From Paragordius varius (lineage: Eukaryota > Animalia > Nematomorpha), in contig OZ176054.1 of the NCBI GenBank assembly GCA_964247055.1, forward strand, positions 7,564,001 to 7,628,000: 64,000 nt of DNA. Reading direction: 5' to 3'. Shown one piece after another: positions 1 to 15,890 of the stretch (its first letter is position 1; each line of letters opens with the position of its first letter). The position numbers and the translations under genes were made by a program. The notes beneath the pieces were generated by a model. That model did not search any database. It was not told where the DNA came from and saw only the letters and a program-made list of their open reading frames with translations.

Positions 1-3000
1 AAGTAATGGTTGAATGTTGTACATACTCACACTATCATGGTTAATATAATTGATTGTTAAAAAGTAATGGTTGAATGTTGTACATACTCACACTATCATG
101 GTTATTATAATTGATTGCTAAAAAGTAATGGTTGAATGTTGTACATACCCATACTTTCATGGTTAATATAATTGATTGCTAAAAAGTAATGGTTGAATGT
201 TGTACATACCCATACTTTCATGATTAATATAATTGATTGTAAAAAAGTAATGGTTGAATGTTGTACATACCTACACTTTCATGGTTAATATAATTGATTG
301 TAAAAAAGTAATGGTTGAATGTTGTACATACCCATACTTTCATGGTTAATATAATTGATTGTAAAAAAGTAATGGTTGAATGTTGTACATACCCATACTT
401 TCATGGTTAATATAATTGATTGTTAAAAAGTAATGGTTGAATGTTGTACATACCCATACTTTCATGGTTAATATAATTGATTGTTAAAAAGTAATGGTTG
501 AATGTTGTACATACTCACACTATCATGGTTAATATAATTGATTGTTAAAGACTTATGAATGAATGTTGTACATACTCACACTATCATGGTTAATATAATT
601 TAATTGTTAAAGACTTATGAATGAATGTTGTACATACTCACACTATCATGGTTAATATAATTTAATTGTTAAAAAGTAATGGTTGAATGTTGTACATACC
701 CACACTTTAATTGTTAATATAATTGATTGTTAAAAACTTATGGATGAATGTTGTACATACTCACACTATCATGGTTAATATAATTGATTGTTAAAAAGTA
801 ATGGTTGAATGTTGTACATACCCATACTTTCATGGTTAATATAATTGATTGATAAAAAGTAATGGTTGAATGTTGTACATACCCATACTTTCATGGTTAA
901 TATAATTGATTGTTAAAAAGTAATGGTTGAATGTTGTACATACTCACACTATCATGGTTAATATAATTGATTGTTAAAAAGTAATGGTTGAATGTTGTAC
1001 ATACTCACACTATCATGGTTATTATAATTGATTGTTAAAAAGTAATGGTTGAATGTTGTACATAGCCACACTATCATGCTTAATATAATTGATTGTTAAA
1101 AAGTAATGGTTGAATGTTGTACATAGCCACACTATCATGCTTAATATAATTGATTGTTAAAAAGTAATGGTTGAATGTTGTACTTACCCACACTATCATG
1201 GTTAATATAATTGATTGATAAAAAGTAATGGTTGAATGTTGTACATAGCCACACTATCATGCTTAATATAATTGATTGTTAAAAAGTAATGGTTGAATGT
1301 TGTACATACCCATACTTTCATGGTTAATATAATTGATTGTTAAAAAGTAATGGTTGAATGTTGTACATACCCACACTTTCATGGTTAATATAATTGATTG
1401 CTAAAAAGTAATGGTTGAATGTTGTACATACCCATACTTTCATGGTTAATATAATTGATTGTAAAAAAGTAATGGTTGAATGTTGTACATACCCATACTT
1501 TCATGGTTAATATAATTGATTGTAAAAAAGTAATGGTTGAATGTTGTACATACCCACACTTTCATGGTTAATATAATTGATTGATAAAAAGTAATGGTTG
1601 AATGTTGTACATACCCATACTTTCATGGTTAATATAATTGATTGTTAAAAAGTAATGGTTGAATGTTGTACATACCCACACTTTCATGGTTAATATAATT
1701 GATTGCTAAAAAGTAATGGTTGAATGTTGTACATACCCATACTTTCATGGTTAATATAATTGATTGTAAAAAAGTAATGGTTGAATGTTGTACATACCTA
1801 CACTTTCATGATTAATATAATTGATTGTAAAAAAGTAATGGTTGAATGTTGTACATACCTACACTTTCATGGTTAATATAATTGATTGTTAAAAAGTAAT
1901 GGTTGAATGTTGTACATACCCATACTTTCATGGTTAATATAATTGATTGTAAAAAAGTAATGGTTGAATGTTGTACATACCTACACTTTCATGGTTAATA
2001 TAATTGATGGTTAAAAAGTTATGGTTGAATGTTAAACACATAAACACTATCACAGTTAATATAATTGATGGTTAAAAAGTTATGGTTGAATGTTGAACAC
2101 ATAAACACTATCACAGTTAATATAATTGATTGGTAAAAAGTAATGGTTGAATGTTGTACATACCCATACTTTCATGGTTAATATAATTGATTGTAAAAAA
2201 GTAATGGTTGAATGTTGTACATACCTACACTTTCATGGTTAATATAATTGATGGTTAAAAAGTTATGGTTGAATGTTAAACACATAAACACTATCACAGT
2301 TAATATAATTGATGGTTAAAAAGTTATGGTTGAATGTTGAACACATAAACACTATCACAGTTAATATAATTGATTGTAAAAAAGTAATGGTTGAATGTTG
2401 TACATACCTACACTTTCATGATTAATATAATTGATTGTAAAAAAGTAATGGTTGAATGTTGTACATACCTACACTTTCATGGTTAATATAATTGATTGTT
2501 AAAAAGTAATGGTTGAATGTTGTACATACCCATACTTTCATGGTTAATATAATTGATTGTAAAAAAGTAATGGTTGAATGTTGTACATACCTACACTTTC
2601 ATGGTTAATATAATTGATGGTTAAAAAGTTATGGTTGAATGTTAAACACATAAACACTATCACAGTTAATATAATTGATGGTTAAAAAGTTATGGTTGAA
2701 TGTTGAACACATAAACACTATCACAGTTAATATAATTGATTGGTAAAAAGTAATGGTTGAATGTTGTACATACCCATACTTTCATGGTTAATATAATTGA
2801 TTGTAAAAAAGTAATGGTTGAATGTTGTACATACCTACACTTTCATGATTAATATAATTGATTGTAAAAAAGTAATGGTTGAATGTTGTACATACCTACA
2901 CTTTCATGGTTAATATAATTGATTGTTAAAAAGTAATGGTTGAATGTTGTACATACCCATACTTTCATGGTTAATATAATTGATTGTAAAAAAGTAATGG

Positions 3001-5450
3001 TTGAATGTTGTACATACCTACACTTTCATGGTTAATATAATTGATGGTTAAAAAGTTATGGTTGAATGTTAAACACATAAACACTATCACAGTTAATATA
3101 ATTGATGGTTAAAAAGTTATGGTTGAATGTTGTACATAGCCACACTATCATGCTTAATATAATTGATTGTTAAAAAGTAATGGTTGAATGTTGTACATAC
3201 CCACACTTTCATGGTTAATATAATTGATTGTAAAAAAGTAATGGTTGAATGTTGTACATACCCATACTTTCATGGTTAATATAATTTGCTAAAAAGTAAT
3301 GGTTGAATGTTGTACATACCTACACTTTCATGGTTAATATAATTGATTGTTAAAAAGTAATGGTTGAATGTTGTACATACCCACACTTTCATGGTTAATA
3401 TAATTGATTGTAAAAAAGTAATGGTTGAATGTTGTACATACCCATACTTTCATGGTTAATATAATTTGCTAAAAAGTAATGGTTGAATGTTGTACATACC
3501 TACACTTTCATGGTTAATATAATTGATTGTTAAAAAGTAATGGTTGAATATTGTACATACCCACACTATCATGGTTAATATAATTGATTGTTAAAAAGTA
3601 ATGGTTGAATGTTGTACATACCCATACTTTCATGGTTAATATAATTGATTGCTAAAAAGTAATGGTTGAATGTTGTACATACCTACACCTTCATGGTTAA
3701 TATAATTGATTGTTAAAAAGTAATGGTTGAATGTTGTACATACTCACACTATCATGGTTAATATAATTGATTGTTAAAAAGTAATGGTTGGATGTTGTAC
3801 ATACCCATACTTTCATGGTTAATATAATTGATTGCTAAAAAGTAATGGTTGAATGTTGTACATACCCATACTTTCATGGTTAATATAATTGATTGCTAAA
3901 AAGTAATGGTTGAATGTTGTACATACCTACACCTTCATGGTTAATATAATTGATTGTTAAAAAGTAATGGTTGGATGTTGTACATACCCACACTATCATG
4001 GTTAATATAATTGATTGTTAAAAAGTAATGGTTGAATGTTGTACATACCCATACTATCATGGTTAATATAATTGATTGTTAAAAAGTAATGGTTGAATGT
4101 TGTACATACTCACACTATCATGGTTAATATAATTGATTGTTAAGAAGTAATGGTTGAATGTTGTACATACTCACACTATCACGGTTAATATAATTGATTG
4201 TTAAAAAGTAATGGTTGAATGTTGTATATACCCACACTATCATGGTTAATATAATTGATTGGTAAAAAGTAATGGTTGAATGTTGCACATACCCACACTT
4301 TCATGGTTAATATAATTGATTGTTAAAAAGTAATGGTTGAATGTTGTACATACCCACACTTTCATGGTTAATATAATTGATTGTTAAAAAGTAATGGTTG
4401 AATGTTGTACATACCCACACTATCATGCTTAATATAATTGATTGTTAAAAAGTAATGGTTGAATGTTGTACTTACCCACACTATCATGGTTAATATAATT
4501 GATTGATAAAAAGTAATGGTTGAATGTTGTACATAGCCACACTATCATGCTTAATATAATTGATTGTTAAAAAGTAATGGTTGAATGTTGTACATACCCA
4601 CACTTTCATGGTTAATATAATTGATTGATAAAAAGTAATGGTTGAATGTTGTACATACCCATACTTTCATGGTTAATATAATTGATTGTTAAAAAGTAAT
4701 GGTTGAATGTTGTACATACCTACACTTTCATGATTAATATAATTGATTGTAAAAAAGTAATGGTTGAATGTTGTACATACCTACACTTTCATGGTTAATA
4801 TAATTGATTGTTAAAAAGTAATGGTTGAATGTTGTACATACCCATACTTTCATGGTTAATATAATTGATTGTAAAAAAGTAATGGTTGAATGTTGTACAT
4901 ACCTACACTTTCATGGTTAATATAATTGATGGTTAAAAAGTTATGGTTGAATGTTAAACACATAAACACTATCACAGTTAATATAATTGATGGTTAAAAA
5001 GTTATGGTTGAATGTTGAACACATAAACACTATCACAGTTAATATAATTGATTGGTAAAAAGTAATGGTTGAATGTTGTACATACCCATACTTTCATGGT
5101 TAATATAATTGATTGTAAAAAAGTAATGGTTGAATGTTGTACATACCTACACTTTCATGGTTAAAATAATTGATGGTTAAAAAGTTATGGTTGAATGTTA
5201 AACACATAAACACTATCACAGTTAATATAATTGATGGTTAAAAAGTTATGGTTGAATGTTGAACACATAAACACTATCACAGTTAATATAATTGATTGTA
5301 AAAAAGTAATGGTTGAATGTTGTACATACCTACACTTTCATGATTAATATAATTGATTGTAAAAAAGTAATGGTTGAATGTTGTACATACCTACACTTTC
5401 ATGGTTAATATAATTGATTGTTAAAAAGTAATGGTTGAATGTTGTACATA
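1..5450. repeat. Satellite sub-block 1: A-derived variants (CCCATACTTTC, CCTACACTTTC, GTAAAAAAGT) with interspersed AAACACATAAACACTATCACAG monomers
   Basis: The diagnostic GTTAAACACA marker occurs at 2031, 2275, 2641, 3068, 4953 and 5197. Spacings are 244, 366 and 427 bp, and the first marker recurs 2,922 bp downstream. Confidence 0.9.
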
Positions 5451-7265
5451 CCCACACTTTCATGGTTAATATAATTGATTGTTAAAAAGTAATGGTTGAA
5501 TGTTGTACATACCCACACTTTCATGGTTAATATAATTGATTGTTAAAAAGTAATGGTTGAATGTTGTACATACCCACACTTTCATGGTTAATATAATTGA
5601 TTGTTAAAAAGTAATGGTTGAATGTTGTACATACCCACACTTTCATGGTTAATATAATTGATTGTTAAAAAGTAATGGTTGAATGTTGTACATACCCACA
5701 CTATCATGGTTAATATAATTGATTGTTAAAAAGTAATGGTTGAATGTTGTACATACCCACACTTTCATGGTTAATATAATTGATTGTTAAAAATTAATGG
5801 TTGAATGTTGTACATACCCACACTATCATGGTTAATATAATTGATTGTTAAAAAGTAATGGTTGAATGTTGTACATACCCACACTTTCATGGTTAATATA
5901 ATTGATTGTTAAAAAGTAATGGTTGAATGTTGTACATACCCACACTATCATGGTTAATATAATTGATTGTTAAAAAGTAATGGTTGAATGTTGTACATAC
6001 CCACACTTTCATGGTTAATATAATTGATTGTTAAAAAGTAATGGTTGAATGTTGTACATACCCACACTTTCATGGTTAATATAATTGATTGTTAAAAAGT
6101 AATGGTTGAATGTTGTACATACCCACACTATCATGGTTAATATAATTGATTGTTAAAAAGTAATGGTTGAATGTTGTACATACCCACACTTTCATGGTTA
6201 ATATAATTGATTGTTAAAAAGTAATGGTTGAATGTTGTACATACCCACACTATCATGGTTAATATAATTGATTGTTAAAAAGTAATGGTTGAATGTTGTA
6301 CATACCCACACTTTCATGGTTAATATAATTGATTGTTAAAAAGTAATGGTTGAATGTTGTACACACCCACACTATCATGGTTAATATAATTGATTGTTAA
6401 AAAGTAATGGTTGAATGTTGTACATACCCACACTTTCATGGTTAATATAATTGATTGTTAAAAAGTAATGGTTGAATGTTGTACATACCCACACTATCAT
6501 GGTTAATATAATTGATTGTTAAAAAGTAATGGTTGAATGTTGTACATACCCACACTTTCATGGTTAATATAATTGATTGTTAAAAAGTAATGGTTGAATG
6601 TTGTACATACCCACACTTTCATGGTTAATATAATTGATTGTTAAAAAGTAATGGTTGAATGTTGTACATACCCACACTATCATGGTTAATATAATTGATT
6701 GTTAAAAAGTAATGGTTGATTGTTGTACATACCCACACTATCATGGTTAATATAATTGATTGTTAAAAAGTAATGGTTGAATGTTGTACATACCCACACT
6801 TTCATGGTTAATATAATTGATTGTTAAAAAGTAATGGTTCATACCCACACTATCATGGTTAATATAATTCAATTGTTATAAAGTTATGGTTGAATGTTGT
6901 ACATAACACACTTTCATGGTTAATATAATTGATTGTTAAAAAGTAATGGTTGAATGTTGTACATACCCACACTTTCTTGGTTAATATAATTGATTGTTAA
7001 AAAGTAATGGTTGAATGTTGTACATACCCACACTTTCTTGGTTAATATAATTGATTGTTAGAAAGTAATGGTTGGATGTTGTACATACCCACACTTTCAT
7101 GGTTAATATAATTGATTGTTAAAAAGTAATGGTTGAATGTTGTACATAACACACTTTCATGGTTAATATAATTGATTGTTAAAAAGTAATGGTTGAATGT
7201 TGTACATAACACACTTTCATGGTTAATATAATTGATTGTTAAAAAGTAATGGTTGAATGTTGTAC
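5451..7265. repeat. Satellite sub-block 2: highly homogeneous type A monomers
   Basis: Near-identical 61-mers that differ mainly at CACTATC versus CACTTTC. Confidence 0.9.
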
Positions 7266-10200
7266 ATAGCCACACTATCATGGTTAACATAATTCAATTG
7301 TTATAAAGTTATGGTTGAATGTTGTACATACACACACTATCATGGTTAATATAATTCAATTGTTATAAAGTTATGGTTGAATGTTGTACATACCCACACT
7401 ATCATGGTTAATATAATTCAATTGTTATAAAGTTATGGTTGAATGTTGTACATACCCACACTATCATGGTTAACATAATTCAATTGTTATAAAGTTATGG
7501 TTGAATGTTGTACATACACACACTATCATGGTTAATATAATTCAATTGTTATAAAGTTATGGTTGAATGTTGTACATACCCACACTATCATGGTTAATAT
7601 AATTCAATTGTTATAAAGTTATGGTTGAATGTTGTACATAGCCACACTATCATGGTTAACATAATTCAATTGTTATAAAGTTATGGTTGAATGTTGTACA
7701 TAGCCACACTATCATGGTTAATATAATTCAATTGTTATAAAGTTATGGTTGAATGTTGTACATACCCACACTATCATGGTTAACATAATTCAATTGTTAT
7801 AAAGTTATGGTTGAATGTTGTACATACCCACACTATCATGGTTACATAATTCAATTGTTATAAAGTTATGGTTGAATGTTGTACATACACACACTATCAT
7901 GGTTAACATAATTCAATTGTTATAAAGTTATGGTTGAATGTTGTACATAGCCACACTATCATGGTTAATATAATTCAATTGTTATAAAGTTATGGTTGAA
8001 TGTTGTACATACACACACTATCATGGTTAATATAATTCAATTGTTATAAAGTTATGGTTGAATGTTGTACATACACACACTATCATGGTTAATATAATTC
8101 AATTGTTATAAAGTTATGGTGGAATGTTGTACATACACACACTATCATGGTTAACATAATTCAATTGTTATAAAGTTATGGTTGAATGTTGTACATAGCC
8201 ACACTATCATGGTTAACATAATTCAATTGTTATAAAGTTATGGTTGAATGTTGTACATACCCACACTATCATGGTTAATATAATTCAATTGTTATAAAGT
8301 TATGGTTGGATGTTGTACATACCCACACTATCATGGTTAACATAATTCAATTGTTATAAAGTTATGGTTGAATGTTGTACATAGCCACACTATCATGGTT
8401 AATATAATTCAATTGTTATAAAGTTATGGTTGAATGTTGTACATACACACACTATCATGGTTAATATAATTCGATTGTTATAAAGTTATGGTTGAATGTT
8501 GTACATACCCACACTATCATGGTTAATATAATTCAATTGTTATAAAGTTATGGTTGAATGTTGTACATAGCCACACTATCATGGTTAATATAATTCAATT
8601 GTTATAAAGTTATGGTTGAATGTTGTACATAGCCACACTATCATGGTTAATATAATTCAATTGTTATAAAGTTATGGTTGAATGTTGTACATACACACAC
8701 TATCATGGTTAACATAATTCAATTGTTATAAAGTTATGGTTGAATGTTGTACATACACACACTATCATGGTTAATATAATTCAATTGTTATAAAGTTATG
8801 GTTGAATGTTGTACATAGCCACACTATCATGGTTAATATAATTCAATTGTTATAAAGTTATGGTTGAATGTTGTACATACACACACTATCATGGTTAATA
8901 TAATTCAATTGTTATAAAGTTATGGTTGAATGTTGTACATACACACACTATCATGGTTAACATAATTGTTATAAAGTTATGGTTGAATGTTGTACATACA
9001 CACACTATCATGGTTAATATAATTCAATTGTTATAAAGTTATGGTTGAATGTTGTACATACCCACACTATCATGGTTAATATAATTCAATTGTTATAAAG
9101 TTATGGTTGAATGTTGTACATAGCCACACTATCATGGTTAATATAATTCAATTGTTATAAAGTTATGGTTGAATGTTGTACATACCCACACTATCATGGT
9201 TAATATAATTCAATTGTTATAAAGTTATGGTTGAATGTTGTACATAGCCACACTATCATGGTTAACATAATTCAATGGTTAAAAAGTAATGGTTGAATGT
9301 TGTACATAGCCACACTATCATGGTTAACATAATTGTTATAAAGTTATGGTTGAATGTTGTACATACACACACTATCATGGTTAACATAATTCAATTGTTA
9401 TAAAGTTATGGTTGAATGTTGTACATACACACACTATCATGGTTAATATAATTCAATTGTTATAAAGTTATGGTTGAATGTTGTACATAGCCACACTATC
9501 ATGGTTAATATAATTCAATTGTTATAAAGTTATGGTTGAATGTTGTACATAGCCACACTATCATGGTTAATATAATTCAATTGTTATAAAGTTATGGTTG
9601 AATGTTGTACATACACACACTATCATGGTTAACATAATTGTTATAAAGTTATGGTTGAATGTTGTACATACACACACTATCATGGTTAATATAATTCAAT
9701 TGTTATAAAGTTATGGTTGAATGTTGTACATACCCACACTATCATGGTTAATATAATTCAATTGTTATAAAGTTATGGTTGAATGTTGTACATAGCCACA
9801 CTATCATGGTTAACATAATTCAATGGTTAAAAAGTAATGGTTGAATGTTGTACATAGCCACACTATCATGGTTAACATAATTGTTATAAAGTTATGGTTG
9901 AATGTTTTACATACCCACACTATCATGGTTAATATAATTCAATTGTTATAAAGTTATGGTTGATTGTTGTACATACACACACTATCATGGTTAATATAAT
10001 TCAATTGTTATAAAGTTATGGTTGAATGTTGTACATACACACACTATCATGGTTAATATAATTCAATTGTTATAAAGTTATGGTGGAATGTTGTACATAG
10101 CCACACTATCATGGTTAACATAATTCAATTGTTAAAAAGTTATGGTTGAATGTTGTACATACACACACTATCATGGTTAACATAATTCAATTGTTAAAAA

Positions 10201-11230
10201 GTTATGGTTGAATGTTGTATATAGCCACACTATCATGGTTAATATAATTCAATTGTTATAAAGTTATGGTTGAATGTTGTACATACCCACACTATCATGG
10301 TTAACATAATTCAATGGTTAAAAAGTTATGGTTGAATGTTGTACGTAGCCACACTATCATGGTTAACATAATTCAATGGTTAAAAAGTAATGGTTGAATG
10401 TTGTACATACCCACACTATCATGGTTAACATAATTCAATGGTTAAAAAGTTATGGTTGAATGTTGTACATACCCACACTATCATGGTTAACATAATTCAA
10501 TGGTTAAAAAGTTATGGTTGAATGTTGTACATACCCACACTATCATGGTTAACATAATTCAATGGTTAAAAAGTAATGGTTGAATGTTGTACATAGCCAC
10601 ACTATCATGGTTAATATAATTCAATTGTTATAAAGTTATGGTTGAATGTTGTACATACCCACACTATCATGGTTAACATAATTCAATGGTTAAAAAGTTA
10701 TGGTTGAATGTTGTACATACCCACACTATCATGGTTAACATAATTCAATGGTTAAAAAGTAATGGTTGAATGTTGTATATAGCCACACTATCATGGTTAA
10801 TATAATTCAATTGTTATAAAGTTATGGTTGAATGTTGTACATACCCACACTATCATGGTTAACATAATTCAATGGTTAAAAAGTAATGGTTGAATGTTGT
10901 ACATACCCACACTATCATGGTTAACATAATTCAATGGTTAAAAAGTAATGGTTGAATGTTGTACATAGCCACACTATCATGGTTAATATAATTCAATTGT
11001 TATAAAGTTATGGTTGAATGTTGTACATACCCACACTATCATGGTTAATATAATTCAATTGTTATAAAGTTATGGTTGAATGTTGTACATAGCCACACTA
11101 TCATGGTTAATATAATTCAATTGTTAAAAAGTTATGGTTGAATGTTGTACATACCCACACTATCATGGTTAATATAATTCAATTGTTATAAAGTTATGGT
11201 TGAATGTTGTACATACACACACTATCATGG
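7266..11230. repeat. Satellite sub-block 3: type B 62-bp monomers
   Basis: ATAATTCAATTGTTATAAAGTTATGG in nearly every monomer. Variable sites are CCC/ACA/GCC and AAT/AAC. The CAATGGTTAAAAAG variant is enriched at ~10,300-10,950. Confidence 0.9.
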
Positions 11231-14200
11231 TTAATATAATTGATTGTTAAAAAGTAATGGTTGAATGTTGTACATACCCACACTATCATGGTTAATATAA
11301 TTGATTGTTAAAAAGTAATGGTTGATTGTTGTACATACCCACACTATCATGGTTAATATAATTGATTGTTAAAAAGTAATGGTTGAATGTTGTACATACC
11401 CACACTTTCATGGTTAATATAATTGATTGTTAAAAAGTAATGGTTGAATGTTGTACATACCCACACTATCATGGTTAATATAATTGATTGTTAAAAAGTA
11501 ATGGTTGATTGTTGTACATACACACACTATCATGGTTAATATAATTCAATTGTTATAAAGTTATGGTTGAATGTTGTACATACACACACTATCATGGTTA
11601 ATATAATTCAATTGTTATAAAGTTATGGTTGAATGTTGTATATAGCCACACTATCATGGTTAATATAATTCAATTGTTATAAAGTTATGGTTGAATGTTG
11701 TACATACCCACACTATCATGGTTAATATAATTCAATTGTTATAAAGTTATGGTTGAATGTTGTACATAGCCACACTATCATGGTTAACATAATTCAATGG
11801 TTAAAAAGTAATGGTTGAATGTTGTACATACCCACACTATCATGGTTAACATAATTCAATTGTTATAAAGTTATGGTTGAATGTTGTACATAGCCACACT
11901 ATACTGGTTAATATAATTCAATTGTTATAAAGTTATGGTTGAATGTTGTACATACACACACTATCATGGTTAACATAATTCAATTGTTAAAAAGTTATGG
12001 TTGAATGTTGTACATACCCACACTTTCATGGTTAATATAATTGATTGTTAAAAAGTAATGGTTGATTGTTGTACATACCCACACTATCATGGTTAATATA
12101 ATTGATTGTTAAAAAGTAATGGTTGAATGTTGTACATACCCACACTTTCATGGTTAATATAATTGATTGTTAAAAAGTAATGGTTGAATGTTGTACATAC
12201 CCACACTATCATGGTTAATATAATTGATTGTTAAAAAGTAATGGTTGATTGTTGTACATACACACACTATCATGGTTAACATAATTCAATTGTTATAAAG
12301 TTATGGTTGAATGTTGTACATACCCACACTATCATGGTTAATATAATTGATTGTTAAAAAGTATTGGTTGAATGTTGTACATACCCACACTTTCATGGTT
12401 AATATAATTTAATTGTTAAAAAGTAATGGTTGAATGTTGTACATACCCACACTATCATGGTTAATATAATTGATTGTTAAAAAGTAATGGTTGAATGTTG
12501 TACATACCCACACTTTCATGGTTAATATAATTTAATTGTTAAAAAGTAATGGTTGAATGTTGTACATACCCACACTATCATGGTTAATATAATTGATTGT
12601 TAAAAAGTAATGGTTGAATGTTGTACATACCCACACTTTCATGGTTAATATAATTGATTGTTAAAAAGTAATGGTTGAATGTTGTACATACCCACACTAT
12701 CATGGTTAATATAATTGATTGTTAAAAAGTAATGGTTGATTGTTGTACATACACACACTATCATGGTTAACATAATTCAATTGTTATAAAGTTATGGTTG
12801 AATGTTGTACATACCCACACTATCATGGTTAATATAATTGATTGTTAAAAAGTAATGGTTGATTGTTGTACATACACACACTATCATGGTTAATATAATT
12901 GATTGTTAAAAAGTAATGGTTGAATGTTGTACATACCCACACTTTCATGGTTAATATAATTGATTGTTAAAAAGTAATGGTTGAATGTTGTACATACCCA
13001 CACTATCATGGTTAATATAATTGATTGTTAAAAAGTAATGGTTGATTGTTGTACATACACACACTATCATGGTTAACATAATTCAATTGTTATAAAGTTA
13101 TGGTTGAATGTTGTACATACCCACACTATCATGGTTAATATAATTGATTGTTAAAAAGTAATGGTTGATTGTTGTACATACACACACTATCATGGTTAAC
13201 ATAATTCAATTGTTATAAAGTTATGGTTGAATGTTGTACATACCCACACTATCATGGTTAATATAATTGATTGTTAAAAAGTAATGGTTGATTGTTGTAC
13301 ATACACACACTATCATGGTTAATATAATTGATTGTTAAAAAGTTATGGTTGAATGTTGTACATACCCACACTATCATGGTTAATATAATTGATTGTTAAA
13401 AAGTAATGGTTGATTGTTGTACATACCCACACTTTCATGGTTAATATAATTGATTGTTAAAAAGTAATGGTTGATTGTTGTACATACACACACTATCATG
13501 GTTAATATAATTGATTGTTAAAAAGTAATGGTTGAATGTTGTACATACCCACACTTTCATGGTTAATATAATTGATTGTTAAAAAGTAATGGTTGAATGT
13601 TGTACATACCCACACTATCATGGTTAATATAATTGATTGTTAAAAAGTAATGGTTGATTGTTGTACATACACACACTATCATGGTTAACATAATTCAATT
13701 GTTATAAAGTTATGGTTGAATGTTGTACATACCCACACTATCATGGTTAATATAATTGATTGTTAAAAAGTAATGGTTGATTGTTGTACATACACACACT
13801 ATCATGGTTAACATAATTCAATTGTTATAAAGTTATGGTTGAATGTTGTACATACCCACACTATCATGGTTAATATAATTGATTGTTAAAAAGTAATGGT
13901 TGATTGTTGTACATACACACACTATCATGGTTAATATAATTGATTGTTAAAAAGTTATGGTTGAATGTTGTACATACCCACACTTTCATGGTTAATATAA
14001 TTTAATTGTTAAAAAGTAATGGTTGAATGTTGTACATACCCACACTATCATGGTTAATATAATTGATTGTTAAAAAGTAATGGTTGAATGTTGTACATAC
14101 CCACACTATCATGGTTAATATAATTGATTGTTAAAAAGTAATGGTTGAATGTTGTACATACCCACACTTTCATGGTTAATATAATTGATTGTTAAAAAGT

Positions 14201-15890
14201 AATGGTTGAATGTTGTACATACCCACACTTTCATGGTTAATATAATTTAATTGTTAAAAAGTAATGGTTGAATGTTGTACATACCCACACTATCATGGTT
14301 AATATAATTGATTGTTAAAAAGTAATGGTTGAATGTTGTACATACCCACACTTTCATGGTTAATATAATTTAATTGTTAAAAAGTAATGGTTGAATGTTG
14401 TACATACCCACACTATCATGGTTAATATAATTGATTGTTAAAAAGTAATGGTTGAATGTTGTACATACCCACACTATCATGGTTAATATAATTGATTGTT
14501 AAAAAGTAATGGTTGAATGTTGTACATACCCACACTTTCATGGTTAATATAATTGATTGTTAAAAAGTAATGGTTGAATGTTGTACATACCCACACTATC
14601 ATGGTTAATATAATTGATTGTTAAAAAGTAATGGTTGATTGTTGTACATACACACACTATCATGGTTAACATAATTCAATTGTTATAAAGTTATGGTTGA
14701 ATGTTGTACATACCCACACTATCATGGTTAATATAATTGATTGTTAAAAAGTAATTATTGATTGTTGTACATACACACACTATCATGGTTAACATAATTC
14801 AATTGTTATAAAGTTATGGTTGAATGTTGTACATACCCACACTATCATGGTTAATATAATTGATTGTTAAAAAGTAATGGTTGATTGTTGTACATACACA
14901 CACTATCATGGTTAATATAATTGATTGTTAAAAAGTTATGGTTGAATGTTGTACATACCCACACTTTCATGGTTAATATAATTTAATTGTTAAAAAGTAA
15001 TGGTTGAATGTTGTACATACCCACACTATCATGGTTAATATAATTGATTGTTAAAAAGTAATGGTTGAATGTTGTACATACCCACACTATCATGGTTAAT
15101 ATAATTGATTGTTAAAAAGTAATGGTTGAATGTTGTACATACCCACACTTTCATGGTTAATATAATTGATTGTTAAAAAGTAATGGTTGAATGTTGTACA
15201 TACCCACACTATCATGGTTAATATAATTGATTGTTAAAAAGTAATGGTTGATTGTTGTACATACACACACTATCATGGTTAACATAATTCAATTGTTATA
15301 AAGTTATGGTTGAATGTTGTACATACCCACACTATCATGGTTAATATAATTGATTGTTAAAAAGTAATGGTTGATTGTTGTACATACACACACTATCATG
15401 GTTAACATAATTCAATTGTTATAAAGTTATGGTTGAATGTTGTACATACCCACACTATCATGGTTAATATAATTGATTGTTAAAAAGTATTGGTTGAATG
15501 TTGTACATACCCACACTTTCATGGTTAATATAATTTAATTGTTAAAAAGTAATGGTTGAATGTTGTACATACCCACACTTTCATGGTTAATATAATTGAT
15601 TGTTAAAAAGTAATGGTTGATTGTTGTACATACCCACACTATCATGGTTAATATAATTGATTGTTAGAAAGTAATGGTTGGATGTTGTACATACCCACAC
15701 TTTCATGGTTAATATAATTGATTGTTAAAAAGTAATGGTTGAATGTTGTACATAACACACTTTCATGGTTAATATAATTGATTGTTAAAAAGTAATGGTT
15801 GAATGTTGTACATAACACACTTTCATGGTTAATATAATTGATTGTTAAAAAGTAATGGTTGAATGTTGTACATAGCCACACTATCATGGT
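11231..15890. repeat. Satellite sub-block 4: mixed A/B monomers (first copy of the mixed domain)
   Basis: A monomers with recurring GATTGTTGTACATACACAC-AAC-B cassettes and TTTAATTG variants. Confidence 0.85.
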
